A stretch of 61,550 bases of DNA from Rhizaria sp. SCN 62-66 (lineage: Eukaryota), in assembly GCA_001724265.1 (NCBI GenBank), contig MEDY01000154.1, forward strand, positions 1 through 61,550, in the 5' to 3' direction. Of the stretch, positions 47,744 through 60,601 are shown one piece after another; within the stretch, counting starts at the first letter, position 1; each line of letters starts with the position of its first letter. Made by a program: the position numbers and the translations under genes. The notes under the pieces were generated by a model. The model did no database searches and was not told where the DNA came from. It saw only the letters and a program-made list of their open reading frames with translations.

Positions 47744-48652
47744 TCACCAGGAGAAGAAATAGAAGTAGGTGACGCAGGCGATGCCGAAGTGGACGGCGGC
47801 GATTGCAATCATGAGCACAATACCGGTCTTCTTGTGCGTCTCGACCTCCTCGGCGTTATCCTGCGGCACGGCCGCGGAGAGGAAGTACGAGTAGATGTTG
47901 CGGGTGAGGAAGAGCGCGCTGCAGAACCAGGCGAGGCAGACGCCCGCGAGGTTGATGTAAGGCACGGGAATGGCGCAGATTGGGCAGATGGGGATGTAGA
48001 TGGCGAACGAGTAGCCGTAGAGCGAAATAATGTTCGTCAACGGGCGGCGCGCGTTGAGCTTTTTGAGCGCAAAGTAGACGCAGATGGGGAAGATGATGCA
48101 GGAGAAGTAGAAGGTGGTGGCAGCGAGGGAGACCTTCTCGAAGTCGTAGGTCCAAACCAGGCCGTCGGCGGTGTTATTGAGGTAGTCGACAAGGTTGCCC
48201 GTAATGGCGAGCACGAAGATAAGCGTGGTGACAATCCAGAAGGGGCAGTAGAGGTCGGGCTCGGGGAGCACGCCCGTGTCGCCGTACTTGCTGGGCTGCT
48301 GAGGGGAGGCGGAAGAAGGGTCGATCTCGGCGTCCGAGGGCGCGGCGGCCGCGGCGTCGGAAGCCACAGGCGCGGAGACGTCCGAGGCTGAGGGGTAGAA
48401 GACGGGGCCGAAGGGCACGAGTGCGCGCAGAACGCGGATGCCGGCCTCCTTAGAGCTGATGTCGAAAAAGGCTTGGTAGTAGCTCAACGTGCAGCAGTTG
48501 CCACGGGCGGGGCGCGCGGGCTGGCCGTTGTTGTCCAGCGTCACCGTGTGCGAGTGCGCGTTCGAGCCCGGTGCGGGGCCCTGCTGCTGAGCGTTGCTGG
48601 GGCTGCCACCGCCGACCACGAGGTCGGCCAGAGTGCTGCCGATGCGGGACAT
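47744..48652 (-). CDS. YIPF1: Yip1-domain Golgi membrane protein (YIPF1/2 subfamily), 302 aa
   Basis: LSYYQAFFDI, PDLYCPFWIVTTLIF, YDFEKV, LYGYS; 5 TM helices. Stop TGA. Confidence 0.9.
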   Translation of the reverse strand: MSRIGSTLADLVVGGGSPSNAQQQGPAPGSNAHSHTVTLDNNGQPARPARGNCCTLSYYQAFFDISSKEAGIRVLRALVPFGPVFYPSASDVSAPVASDAAAAAPSDAEIDPSSASPQQPSKYGDTGVLPEPDLYCPFWIVTTLIFVLAITGNLVDYLNNTADGLVWTYDFEKVSLAATTFYFSCIIFPICVYFALKKLNARRPLTNIISLYGYSFAIYIPICPICAIPVPYINLAGVCLAWFCSALFLTRNIYSYFLSAAVPQDNAEEVETHKKTGIVLMIAIAAVHFGIACVTYFYFFSW

Positions 48653-49546
48653 GAGGGAAGAAGTCGACCTGACGGTTTGTGGTGACTTGGGGTTGGGCGC
48701 CTTGTCGGAGGGGCTAGGGTCTTACGGGTGCCTGATAGAGGGAAAACAGATACGGGACAATAATGAAACGCAAGAGTGAAATATAATATTCCGGCGACAA
48801 TAGCACCGTCGGAGATTTTGATCGGTAAGAGTCTCGGATCGGCGATCGAGACGTGGACAACAAGTGATGTCAGACCCCACACGAAGAGTAGCTTTTGGAG
48901 AACCAAAGACGCAGATTTGTAATAATAACACAGTTTTAATAGCGCAACCTCCAGTGAACTGCCAGAGAGTATTGTTCAATAAGCATTGACGAACAAACGC
49001 GGCCACATAAGCGATGTTTCTAAAGTTTCGGTCTAAATTTGGTGTCTCGGTCGGTTGGTTAGCCGAGTTTTTTTGCGAACCACGATTCCCAACGAGCGAC
49101 GAAGCCTCAACTTTACTCCCATCAAGTGACACACATTGTTCGTCAATGTTAATTGTAACAACGTGTTTCATTAGAATGCGTTGTTGTCTATCTGAAGGTT
49201 CACTATAGCACCTATCTGAGGCACCTCCTGTGGCGATGCAATCATGAACCGGAAGCGTCCTCACAGACACCCTCTCCTGCAAGCTGCACTCATATTTCCC
49301 GTCAAACACGCATCATCTTATCTTTTCGCGTTCTGATTGCTCATTTTTGTTGTGTATTTGCCTTTTCTGTACCTCTGGTGCCGCTTGAAGTTGCACAGTC
49401 CTTTGTTTAGTCCACTCTCAAGTGACTAGAGAGACCTCTCCTTGCTCCCATTCGCGCGCGTACCTCGTCCGTACCAACACGAGCGTTACAGCCCGTGTTG
49501 CGCCGCGCAGCAGACCGCACCCCCGTGGTGAGCACTATTGGGCGTG

Positions 49547-50029
49547 ATGTCTAAGTCTCCCCGTCCCGGCAGCAACGCCAGAGACAGCTCCAAGACCAGC
49601 GCCGCCCGCTGTTCAGATCTGGCCTCTTCGCCGAGCAGCGCTGTTCTGGCCGCGGTCACCGCCGTGACGGCCGCCCGCGCCGCGCACCACGCCATGGACC
49701 CCGAGGCCGAATACTACACGGATGCCGACGTCGACTCGAGCAGCCTCGCGTTCGCGCAGGCGCTGGCGCTGGCCCCGGCGCTGCCGCAGACCCCCCGCGG
49801 CAGCAACAGCGCGAGCCACCTCAGCAGTGCGTCTACGTCGTCGAACAGCGCAATTAGCAGCAGTGCGGGCGGCAGTGCGACGGGCGGCGGCGCGCATATG
49901 GGTCCTACACCCGGCCGCGACCGCGATGGCAGCTGCGACGAGCGCGGGCTCACGACGGGCTCGCTCGCGCTGTCCTTCCCCGACACGCCGCCGCCGACGC
50001 AGCACCCCCAGCTGCAACAGCAGAGCCAG

Positions 50030-50061
<32 letters not shown>

Positions 50062-53000
50062 GGGCTCGGCGGCGCAGGAGCAGCACCGGTACCACTCGCG
50101 CTACTCCGACAGCGGCGCCAGCACGCCCGCCCCCGCTGGGCTCGACAGCGCAGGAGGATACAGTGCGCGCTTCAGCGTCGGAGGATACAGTGCGAACGAC
50201 GGCGTCGGATATGGCGTGGATTTGACTCCGCCGCACAACGCGCACGCGCTGCCGGCGCACGCTCACGCACACGCGCACACGCATGTCAAGGGCGCGACGG
50301 TGCTCACGTACACATCGTCGCAGCCGCACGCACAGACGCTGTCGCACTCGCCGGGGCAACAGCAACCGCAGCAGGCGCAACAACAGCAGCACCAGCATAT
50401 GCATCAGCAGCACCAGCAGAGGCAGCGTCCGAACCGTGCGCGCGCGCTCTCGTCAGCGCTGTTGCCGCCACACCTCGCGCCCGTCTCTGCCGACGGCGGC
50501 GCAGTCACTGGTGATGCGAATCTGACCAATACCGGCACCGGTATCGGTGCCGGTGACGGGGGCGGAGGCGGGGCTGGCGGCGACGGCGGGGACTCTATGA
50601 GCGGCGCGCTCAGCAGTCGCGCGCGCGGCAGCCACGGGCAGCTGGCCGCTGTCGCTGCCGGCATTGTCAGTGGCAGTCCCGGACCCGGCCTTGAGAACGA
50701 CGACGATGACGCCGACGACGATTATGATCATGATGGCGAGCACAACAACGATGGCCACAACAACCGTGAACACAACGCCACTTTGGCACAGCGCAGATTC
50801 CCTCTGGCCGCGGAGCCGTCGAGCCGCAGCCGCAGTGCGAGCGCGGTCAGTGACAGCGATTCGTTCCACACAGTCTCGGGCTCTGTGGCGGTCGGGAGCA
50901 GGCCCGCGCACGCACACAGGGCGACTACGCCCACGCAAGGCCCCGACTCAGCAGCACCAAGAGCGGGCGCTGTGGTGCGAGTGTCGCTCTCGCCCTCGCG
51001 GCCGCGGCCGCAGCCGCCGCAGCCGGACTCGCCTGCGCTGTCGCACGCGCATTCTCTCAGCGCGCAGGCCCTGCAGACGCGCTCTTTCTCGCAGCTTCCG
51101 TCGCACCAAGTGCCGTCGTCGCAGCTGGCTTCCCAGCTCCCGTCGCAGCAGCCTTCTTTCGTGAGCGTCCCACCCGCCTCCGCCGCCGCCGCTGCGCTGT
51201 CGTCCGTGCCCGCGGGCGCCCCGCGCGCGCTGGCTCTGCGCACGCCGCGCTGGCAGCCCGACGCCGCTGTCGCCTCGTGTCCTCTCTGCATGGCGGCCTT
51301 CGGGCTCTTCCTCCGCAAGCACCACTGCCGCGCGTGTGGCGGCATCGCGTGCGGCCGCTGCTCGGCGCGGCGCGCGGCGCTGCCAGACTTGGGCTACGAG
51401 CGGCCCGAGCGCGTGTGCGACCGCTGCTACGAGCACGTCAAGCGCTTCCGCGTCGGTGATGCGCTCGGCAGCTCGCTAAGCTCTGGGTCACTCACAACGG
51501 CACTGGGCGCGCAGGCGCAGACACAGGCGCTGGTGGCGCCGCAGTATGCGCAGCACCCGCATCAGCAGCAGCAGCTGCACCAGCTCTTGGCGCAACAACA
51601 GTTGCTGCTGCAGCAACAAGGCTCCGCGCCCGCCAGCCCCGTGGCAGCGCCCGACGCGAGCGGTGACAGCTTCGAGGGCAGCGCCTCTCTTACTGCTGTT
51701 CCTGCGAGTGCGAGCGCGACTGCTGCGCTTCCGCTAAGCCACCGATACAGCCAGAGCCAGAGCTACACCGCGGGCGCACTGGTGGACCACACACAGGGCG
51801 ACGATGAGGCTGACGATGACAACGACAACAACAGCAACAACAACAACAACAACACCAACGGTGACGACTCCGACGACGACAACGATAACGACCGTGACAC
51901 CAACGACCTCGCACAGGCGCACGCCGTGCACGAGCACGACGGCGGCGGCGCGGGCCACGCCGCGAGCGTGTCCGGCGAGCGCATCACAGTGCACAGCCAC
52001 TACTACGCCGCGCCCGCCGGCCAGGACTCGGCCGCACAACAGGCGGCAGCGGTCGCCATAGCGCCCGTCGGTGCTCCGATCCCTCCGTCGCCCGCGCACT
52101 CGCAAACGTACTCGCAGACGCAGTTGCAGTCTTACGTGCCGCCAGCGCACCCGCTGCCGCAGCTGCCCGCGCCCGTGGCGCGCGCCGTGTCCCGCGTGTC
52201 CGCAGCGTCCGCAGCGCACGCGCGCGTGACGCTGCCGCTGTGGGAGCGTTATCTCGTCCGCCACCCGCGGCTCGACCGCTCCAGCTCGCGCGTCAAGGAG
52301 CTCCTGCGCCTGGGGCTGCCAGCGCGGCTGCGTGCGCGGATGTGGTCCGCGCTGCTCGAGACGCCGCGTCTGCAGGGCCGCTTCGACAGCATGGCGCGCG
52401 CCGCCGTGGCCCGCGCAGGCGCTGCGGCGGCCGCGGCAGTCGACCGCGCCGCCAAGGCCGCCGCGGACGCCGCCGCGGCGCGCGCAGTGGCGACGACCGC
52501 GGCCGCGGAGGAAGCCGCGGCGCTGGCCGTCGCGGCCGCGGAGCGCGAGCAGCTGCAGCAGCAGGACCTGTTGAGCGACGACGAAGCGAGTAGTGGGCTT
52601 AACTCGAGAGACGTCAGCGGGACCAGTCTCGGCCGCTGCTACAGCGACGTCGAGTCCGAGTCGTCGGTGGCTGCGTCCGCGGCTGCGACTGCCAGCGCCA
52701 CGGCCGCCGCGACCGCTGCGGCTGCTGCGACCGCAGCGGCGGCGGCCGCTGCCGCTGCAGCCGCGGTGGTGTCGGCGTCCACGTCGCACCTGCCGCTGCC
52801 GACGCGCGCGCAAGTCTTCTCCGCGCACGCTGCGCACGCCGCCGCCATCGCTGCCGCTGCTGCCGCTGCTGCCGCTGCTGCCGCTGCGAAGGCCGGCCCC
52901 GGCGCCGCTCCCGGCCACGGGCGGGCGCGCGGGGGCAGTCTACTGCCGCCGCCCCCGCCGCCCGCGCTGGTGCGTCTGCTGTGCGACATGGCCGCGATGG

Positions 53001-55867
53001 CGTCGACGGGCGCGTTCCCGTCGGGTCACATCCCGCCTGACTCGCACTACTGCTCGCTGCTGATCTTGGCGCCGACGCGCGTGCGCATGGGCACTTTCGC
53101 CGAGATCAACAAAGACGTGCGCCGCACGTTCCCTGAGTGCCCACGCTTCACCACAATCATCGCCGCACCTCGCGCGGCGAACGACAGCGCGCTGGTGAGC
53201 TTGGGCGACGACGCGCACAGCGCGGGCGACAACAGCTGTGCTATTGTCGGCTTTCACTCCGGCTCCAGCGGCGGCGGCGGTGACAAAGAGTGCGAGCCGG
53301 TGGGCGTGGGCGAGCTGCGGCGCGTTCTGACCGCGTACGCGGTGCACAACCCCGGTGTGGGCTACACGCAGTCGATGAACTGCGTGGCGGCCGCGCTGCT
53401 GGTCGTGATGGAGAGTGAGCAACTTGCTTTCTGGGCGCTTGTCGCACTGCTCGAGGGCGTGCTCTTCTCGCGTCTGCCCAACCCCGCGCTGGCCGCGTAC
53501 AACGCCGAGCAGGCCATGTACGCGCGTGACTTGACCGCGTACAACAAGGAAGTCGCCGCACACGCGCGTGCACAGGCACACGCGCGCGCCGTCGCACAGG
53601 CGCAGGCACAAACGCAGACGCAGAGCCTCGCGCTTGGGCTCGCGGGCGCGACCGGCACCGGCACGATGCAGCAGCATCAGCAGCAGCAGCAGTTGCAGCA
53701 GAGTCCCGGCGGCGTTTTTGGCACTGCGCCGCCCTCAACAGGTCGTCGGCAGCAGCTGATGGCGCTGGCGGCGGCGCAGCACGCGGCGGCCTCGCTGCTG
53801 GGCTCGGCGAGCCTGCCCTCCGCGGCGGCGCTGCTCGCGGCCGCGGGCGCGGGCGGACTAGGGCTCGCGCAGTCAGTCTCCGTGTCAGCGTCGGCGTCGC
53901 AGTACAGCAGCCTCAGCGCGACGTCCAACACGCCCGCGGCGGCACAGGCGATCGCGGCCGTCAACACGAGCTACGGCAGACTGCCCCCGGGACTGACGCC
54001 GCCCGTGCCGCCCGCGCAGCCCGCGCCGCCAGCCACGGTCGCCATCGCCTTCCACGCGCCGTCGCTCTTCGCCGTGCAGACCGAGGCGCGGACCGTGGTG
54101 ATGCTCGTGCAGTCCCGTCTCCCGCGGCTGTGGGCGCGGTTGGCCGCGCTCGACGTGTCGCTTGAGCCCTTTCTGCTGTCGTGGCTGCTGTGTCTGTTCC
54201 TCGCCGCACTGCCCGTGCCGCACTGCCTGCTGCTGTGGGACTCGGTCATGCTCGACGGCCGCCGCGCTCTGTTGCGCGCCGCGCTCGCCGTGCTCAAGGC
54301 GATCGAGCCCGAAGTGCTGCGCGCGCCCGACGCCGCCGCCGCGCTGGCGCTGCTCGCGCTCGGCTCCGGCGCGCCCACGCTCGCCGCGGCCGCGATCGAG
54401 ACGGCGACTGCCAACGCTGTCGCTGCGAACGCCGGCGGCGACGTCTCTGTGTCCGCAGCTGGATCCGCAGGATCTGCCGGCAGCGAAGCGCTGGCGCAGG
54501 CGATGCTGGGACAGGCGCTGGGCGCGGCGTCAGGCCTGCGCTATAGCCAGTCGCCTGCGATGGCCACGCTGGGGTTGGGGCCCTCTTCGCTGCGCTACCC
54601 GTTCGCGCCCAAGCAGCTCCAGCCGCAGCAACCTCAACAGCAGCAACCGCAGCTCCATCAGCCGCAGCAGCAGCAGCAGCTACAACAGGCGCAGCAAGCG
54701 CTGGCTGATGGGCTGTCGTTCAGCTACAGCCAGATGCCTGCTGCGCCTGCGGCCCCCGCAGTTGCGGTCATTGTGGCTGCGGACGACGCCGCAGACCCGG
54801 ACGCGCACCTCGAAGTCGCTGGCGTTGCCACCGTGCTCTCTCAAACGCATGCGTCGAGCAGCCAGCTGCAAGCTCCGCAGCGGCTGTCGATGAGCTCGAA
54901 CATCAGTAGCCTCGACGCACACAGCGGCGCGGCGAGCGGCGACGCCAGCGGCAGCGGCAGCGGCAGTGCGAGCGTTGCCGTGAGCTACAGCAGCAGTCTC
55001 GCCAGTAGTCGTGCCAGCAGCTTCGTGCTGCCCGACGCGCCGACGCACGGCACCGCGTCTCACGCTCTCAGTCACGACACGTTTGCGCTCGTTCCGCCGC
55101 CCGCGCTTGGGACAACAGGCGAGTCATCGCCAGTGAGCCCCGTCACCGAGACTGACGCCTCCGACGACATCGATGACGCTGCGTCGACGACAGCCTCGGT
55201 GACCGAGTCCGTCAAGGCTGCGACTGTGCCTTTTGCAACAGCAGCAACAGCGGCCTCGGCCGCTCGCAGCAGCACTCCAACTGCCTCTGCGGTCGCGCCG
55301 AGTCCGTCCGCTGGCGTGAGCGTGAGCCTGAGTGCTGGCATCGCGGCGGGCGTGGCCGCGCACACGCCGTCGTCCGTGGCCGCGGCCGCTGCGGCGATCG
55401 TCCCCGCGCCGCTGTCGCTGGCGACATTCGCGGACCTCATGTTCCGCCACCCGCTCACGCGCGGGCTCAGCGCGGCCAAGCTCGACGACCTGCGCGCGCG
55501 CGCCGCGGCAGATCTGCTTGCCGAGCGGGCCGCGGAAGCCGAGGAGGACGCGCGTCGCCGCGCCGCGCGCGAGGCCGCCGCGATTGTCGCCGCGCGCCGC
55601 GAACGCGAGAAGCGCGAGTGGGCTGCTCGGGAGGCGGCGGAGGCTGAGGCTGCTGAGGCCGCGAGCGAAGCCGCTGCGATGGCGGTCCGTGCACGCAAGG
55701 CTCGGAAGACTGCGACTGTCGAGGCTGCGGTGGAGCATACGCAACGTAGTTCACACGGCGACGGCGACGATGGCGATCATCCGTACGACGACAAAGAGTA
55801 CATCGATGAAGGTGATGAGAGCGATGAGACCGATTACTTAGAGCACGATGAGAGCGAGAAAGTGTAA
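49547..55867 (+). CDS. FYVE zinc finger + TBC (Rab-GAP) domain protein, ~2,100 aa
   Basis: [34 protein letters not shown] motifs [54 protein letters not shown]. Stop TAA. Confidence 0.9.
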
Positions 55868-56159
55868 AACACAGACGTTACTTAGTCAACCCAATTTCTA
55901 CTTAGAGTGAGTTTTCACAACAATACCGCAAATTCATTTTGAAATAAACAAGTTTACCGTATTTTTCCACGACTATTAAAACTATTTTTTGACTTTAAGC
56001 TTCATTTACGGCTATCTAGATGATTTCATATGACGAAAACGCACATCTTCAGCCCCTCGCTCACAGTCGCAAGTCGGCGGGGCACGTCTGTCCGGAGATC
56101 ATGGAGAGCATGCTCATATGACTCTTGAAGCTAAGTTAGAGCTATTCATACTGACTGCC

Positions 56160-59100
56160 ATGCAGTTGAAAGTTGGCCAGCGTCCGGCTTATACGGGCTT
56201 TTCTGTACGTAAAAACTATTCTGTCCCTCCACCCACGTTTCAGTTGTCAATTTAGTGTTCTTGAAAGACTCCTGCTCCCAGCCGTCTCGGTTGCTCCCCT
56301 GCCTCTCGCTCACCCCTCTTGCGCGTTCACTATGCTACATTTGCTACTATATAGGCCCCGCTGGTGACGAAGTACACCGCACCGCGTGAGTTCACTATCA
56401 TGGACCTTTCGCGCCGTGCGGAAGCGCGCCGTGCAGCGGAGCCAGTCATGGCTGTTATCGCTACGAACGACCTTCAGCGTCGCGACGGTGTTCCCGCACC
56501 CGGTCCTGCTCCTAACGGCCGCCGTGGCCGCAATGGCATGTCTGGCATGTTGGGGGGCGCCTCGGGCCAGCCCGGTGCATGCGGTACGTGTCCCTTTTTG
56601 CCTTTCAATGCCCACGAAACATATCTCAACTCGATTGTGCTGTCTTTCCCACCACAAACATCTCCCAATACTACATATCGTGCAGATAGTGACGCATACA
56701 AGGACATTACTGCGATTTTGATTATACTACTCGAAAAGCCGCAATTTTTTGTTTATTTTATGTATTTTATTCTCATCTAGTCTTCATTTGTGACCGTAAA
56801 TTCTCTATTTCACAATCTCTGCATCGCGCTTGTCCGCGTGCAGGCGAGAACGGTGCCAACGGCGCACCCGGCGCCCGCGGTGCCGACGCTCGCGACGCGA
56901 TGGTGTACATCTCCTCCTCTGGTGGCGACGACGTGACGATCTGGCGATCTGACCAGCACCATTCGCTGCCTCTGCGCGTGTCGCAGCCCGGCTTCGTGAT
57001 GCTCGACGCGCGTGGCGGCGACGGTGCTGTCGGCCAGCGCGGCGGTAACGGCGGTGCTGGTGGCAGCGGTGGCTCCGGCGGCGTCGGCATGAGCGGCCAT
57101 GACAGCAGCAGCGGTCCCGGTGGTTCTGGCGGCCGTGGTGGCAACGGCGGCAATGGCGGCCGCGGCGGCAACGGCGGCTGGGGCGGTCCCGGCGGCGACG
57201 GCGGCCGCGGTGGCAACACCGTCATCTCCGTCGACGAGAACCAGACCGCGCTGATGTGGCTGATGGAGGCCGACGTGCGCCGTGGTTTTGGAGCGCCCGG
57301 TGGTGCGGGCGGCCTCGGCGGCTCTGGTGGCTCAGGCGGCAGTGGCGGCTTTGGTGGCCGCGGCGGGCGCGGCGGGCGCAACAACGAGCGGACGTTCCCC
57401 AGCGGCTCCTCCGGCTCCTCCGGCTGGTCGGGCTCGCGTGGGCAGAACGGCGTGCGTGGCAACGCGGGCCCCAACGGCCGCGACGGTATCCCCGGCAGCG
57501 TCTTCTGGCAGGTCACGCGCGGCGGCATGGTCGTCGGTTCTGCGCAGGACCGTTTCAACGCCTCCGTCGAGAGCTTCACCGTGTACGACGACAACGGCGA
57601 CGGCGTGTTCGAGCCCGGATCCGAGCTTTTCATCCGCGACACGGTCTGGCGCAACGTCGGCCAGCTGCCCTTCCCGGCGGGCGCGATCGTGACGTTCCAC
57701 CCTGGAGACGAGCTCCCAGTGGTGAGCGACCAGAGCTTCTACCCGTCGCCACTCGTGTACCCCGGACAGGAGCACGTTGTGCCGCACCAGTTCCGCATGC
57801 GGCTTCCCGACGCCGGCGAGCCCTGCCACAACAAGCCGTACCGCCAGGAAGTCTCGGTGTCTTCGCGCGTGTCGCTGCTCAACCGTCCGTTCCCCCAGGC
57901 CTCGGTCAAGTCCGCGCCCATCGTCGTCGAGTGGCCCGTGCGCGTGGAGGAGATTATCGGCGCCGACTGGCTCGGCGCTGGCGAGATCACGCGCATCATC
58001 GTCCGCGTACGCAATGTCGCCAACCGCACCTACGGCGGCTCCTCCGAGACGAGCGACGCGACGGCCGGCAAGGTCGAGCTGCGTCTCTGCGTGGACCCGC
58101 TTATCTACGTGCTGCCCACGGACCCAGCGACGCTGGCGCCCGGGCAGACCGCGGCGTACTCGATCGGCGACGCCGGCCACGCCGCGGCCATCATCCTGCC
58201 CGAGATCCCCGCGGCCGGCACGATGGACGTCGTGCTGACGCTGCAGCTCGGCGCCGAGGCCGGCAGCAAGCTCTTCTGCAAGCTGCCGATGCGCTACGAC
58301 TTGCTGCTGCGTGACCGTTGCATCGAGTACTACTCGCGCACTATGCGCGTCACGCCCATCTTCGTCGCCAACACGGCATCGGACGCCGTGCTTGTCACCT
58401 GCGACAAGCTCTCGCGCAACACCTTCCTGGCGTGGTCCTACCTGTTCCAGATGCTCGGCCTCTCGGTCCAGTTCTGGGACATCCAGCGCTACAACGGCTT
58501 TGCCGCTGCCGACGTCTCCTGGGTTGGCGCCACGCGTCTGCTGGTGATTGCGTCCTACGACATGGGCGGCCTCGAAGGCTCTGCCTCCGCCGCCAGCTCC
58601 AAGGGCTCCACAGTCATCGACTTCCTGCGCTTTGCCGAGCTCACGCAGCACATGCGCGGTTTCATCCCCACCGAGGCTACCAAGTCGCACCCGGACGCGT
58701 TCCCCGTCAAGGGCGAGCGCGGGCCGGACCAGGCGCTCGTCATCCTGGGTGGCTTCTCCGACCGCGCGACCTCGCGTCTGCTGTACGACCTGTGCCAGCC
58801 CGTTCAAGGCGCGCTGGGGATGTCCGCGGGCAAGCCGGAGCCGCAGGGCAACGGCAAGACAAGCACCATCTACCCGGGCTCCACCAGCGACGCACCGCGC
58901 GCGACGCCGCTGCCGGCGCCGTCTGCGAAGCGTGGGAGCCAGACGCTCACGGCCGAGGACGGCTTCCGCAGCCAGTTCCACGTCTCCGGTGGCGGTTTTT
59001 GCTGCTACTTGTGCGCGATTTGCATGGACGGGTGCTCGAGCGACCCGCAGGTGCTGCTGGCGAAGCTGCAGAAGGAGATTGCCGAGCAGGACCCGTCGCG

Positions 59101-60601
59101 CATGTACCTCATTGCGCACGAGCAACGCGAGAAGGGCAAGGTTCTCGACGTCGGCTGCATCAGCTCGCAGTCGTGCCCGCTCGCCGTGTACCCGTGTCTG
59201 TACCCGCGCTCGGCGCCCATTGCCGCCGTGCCCGAGCCTGACCTCAGCAGCGGCTGGGTGCCCTACGTCTTTGACGAGGTGACCTTCACTGCGAAGCAGG
59301 AGCCATGGCTGCCGGGACCGTTCATGGACGCATTCATCGCCATCTTCCACACGCTGCCGATCGAGCACCGCATCATGACCCTGGCCAACAACTACCTCGC
59401 GCGCCTCACCTTCAAGCTGCCGCAGTGCGGCGTGGTCGGCATGAACGCCGTTGTGCTCGCGTCACTGATGCGCACCATCAAGGCCGAGTACGACTCCGGC
59501 GACGCCGCGCTGCCGCTGGCGAACCGCCTGGTGACGGCGTGCTTCGAGCACCCCGACTGGGTGATGAAGGAGGTTCACCTCGTCGTCGCCGCGCTCCGCG
59601 GCCCCGGCATTGATCTGGGCTCCGACCTCGGCGAGAAGCTCGCTGGCCACGCTAAGAAGCTCGCGGGCTTCTTCGCTGAGCGCGTCAACTCGACCCCAGC
59701 GAACGTCATCACGCACTCGCGCCTCATGCGTCCCCAGCCCATGGCCTGCGCCAGCGACGAGACCTACGCCGAGATCATGCGGCTTGCGCCCTCGTTCGCG
59801 CTGCTCTGGTCCCCCTGCGACGAGCGCACGCTGCCTAAGCGCTTTGCTGGCTCTGGTGACGTTACTTTCCCCGAGCTTGGCGTCGCCGTGCGTCCCTTCG
59901 TGCCCGCGCACGCGTCGGAGCAGGCTTCGTCGTGGTACTACTCCGACTCGTACGCCGTCCAGCGTCTCCAGCGCAAGCACAACGACGCCGCCGCCGCTGC
60001 TGCCGCCGCCGCTGCTGCTGCCGCTGCTGCCGCCGCCGCTGCCGCGCACCACCACGCGATGCAGCAGCAGCAGGCCGCGGCCGCGCAGGCGCAGGCGTGG
60101 CACAACTACGCCCCGCCGGCCCCGCAGTGGGCGCAGGCGCTCCCCGAGGGCACTGTGCTTATGGAGGCTCCCGCGCCGCCGCCGGACTCGATGACGTTCG
60201 CCGAGGTCGTGTTCGATGCGCCGCCCGTGTTCGAGTCGCAGACGTCGATGATGGAGCTCAAGGCCGGTCCCCCCGCGTACGAGGACATCGGCACGAGCGC
60301 CGACGACGCCGCTGCGGCCGCGCTGGGCACCGCGTCGGCGCAGTTCTCCGAGTCGTCGCTCGGCCGCCTCAGCGAGCAGGCGCTGGCCGACGCCGCGCGC
60401 GAGGGCCAGCAGCAGGCCTCGAAGCAGTCTGCTGAGATGGCCGCCGCCGAGGAAGAGGAGCGCCAGCGCCGCTTCGGGGCGCAGATGGCGGCGGAGCAGA
60501 ATGCCACGTCTGATGTTGCGTCGGACGATGACGCCACGTCGGGTGACTTCGATGGAGCGGGCTTCGCCGATGCCAACGACCGCACCGGTGACCCCCAGTA
60601 A
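56160..60601 (+). CDS. Uncharacterised protein with a Gly-rich (GGxGGxGG / collagen-like) N-terminus and a globular C-terminal part (~1,343 aa). Exons 56160-56204, 56355-56583, 56844-60601
   Basis: Three exons join in frame through GTACGT...AG introns (MQLKVGQRPAYTGFS|APLVTKY...QPGACG|ENGANG). G-x-x-G repeats are followed by DDNGDGVFEPG..RNVGQLPFP. Stop TAA. Confidence 0.75.
56205..56354 (+). other. Spliceosomal intron, 150 nt, phase 0
   Basis: TCT|GTACGT...CTATATAG|GCC; preserves the frame from ATG 56160. Confidence 0.6.
56584..56843 (+). other. Spliceosomal intron, 260 nt, phase 1
   Basis: TGCG|GTACGT...GTGCAG|GC; AT-rich; links two Gly-rich segments in frame. Confidence 0.7.

Noticed and set aside
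57000-57500. Mycobacterial PE_PGRS gene or bacterial contamination; CRISPR-like repeats
   Set aside because: The Gly-rich tract lies in an intron-containing gene among eukaryotic genes and has no PE domain. No repeat-spacer array occurs anywhere in the window.
29687-59368. Long antisense or alternate-frame ORFs (e.g. 29687..31543 +, 34434..35471 +, 43227..45290 -, 57332..59368 -)
   Set aside because: These are shadow ORFs caused by high GC3 codon bias opposite genes with clear family motifs.
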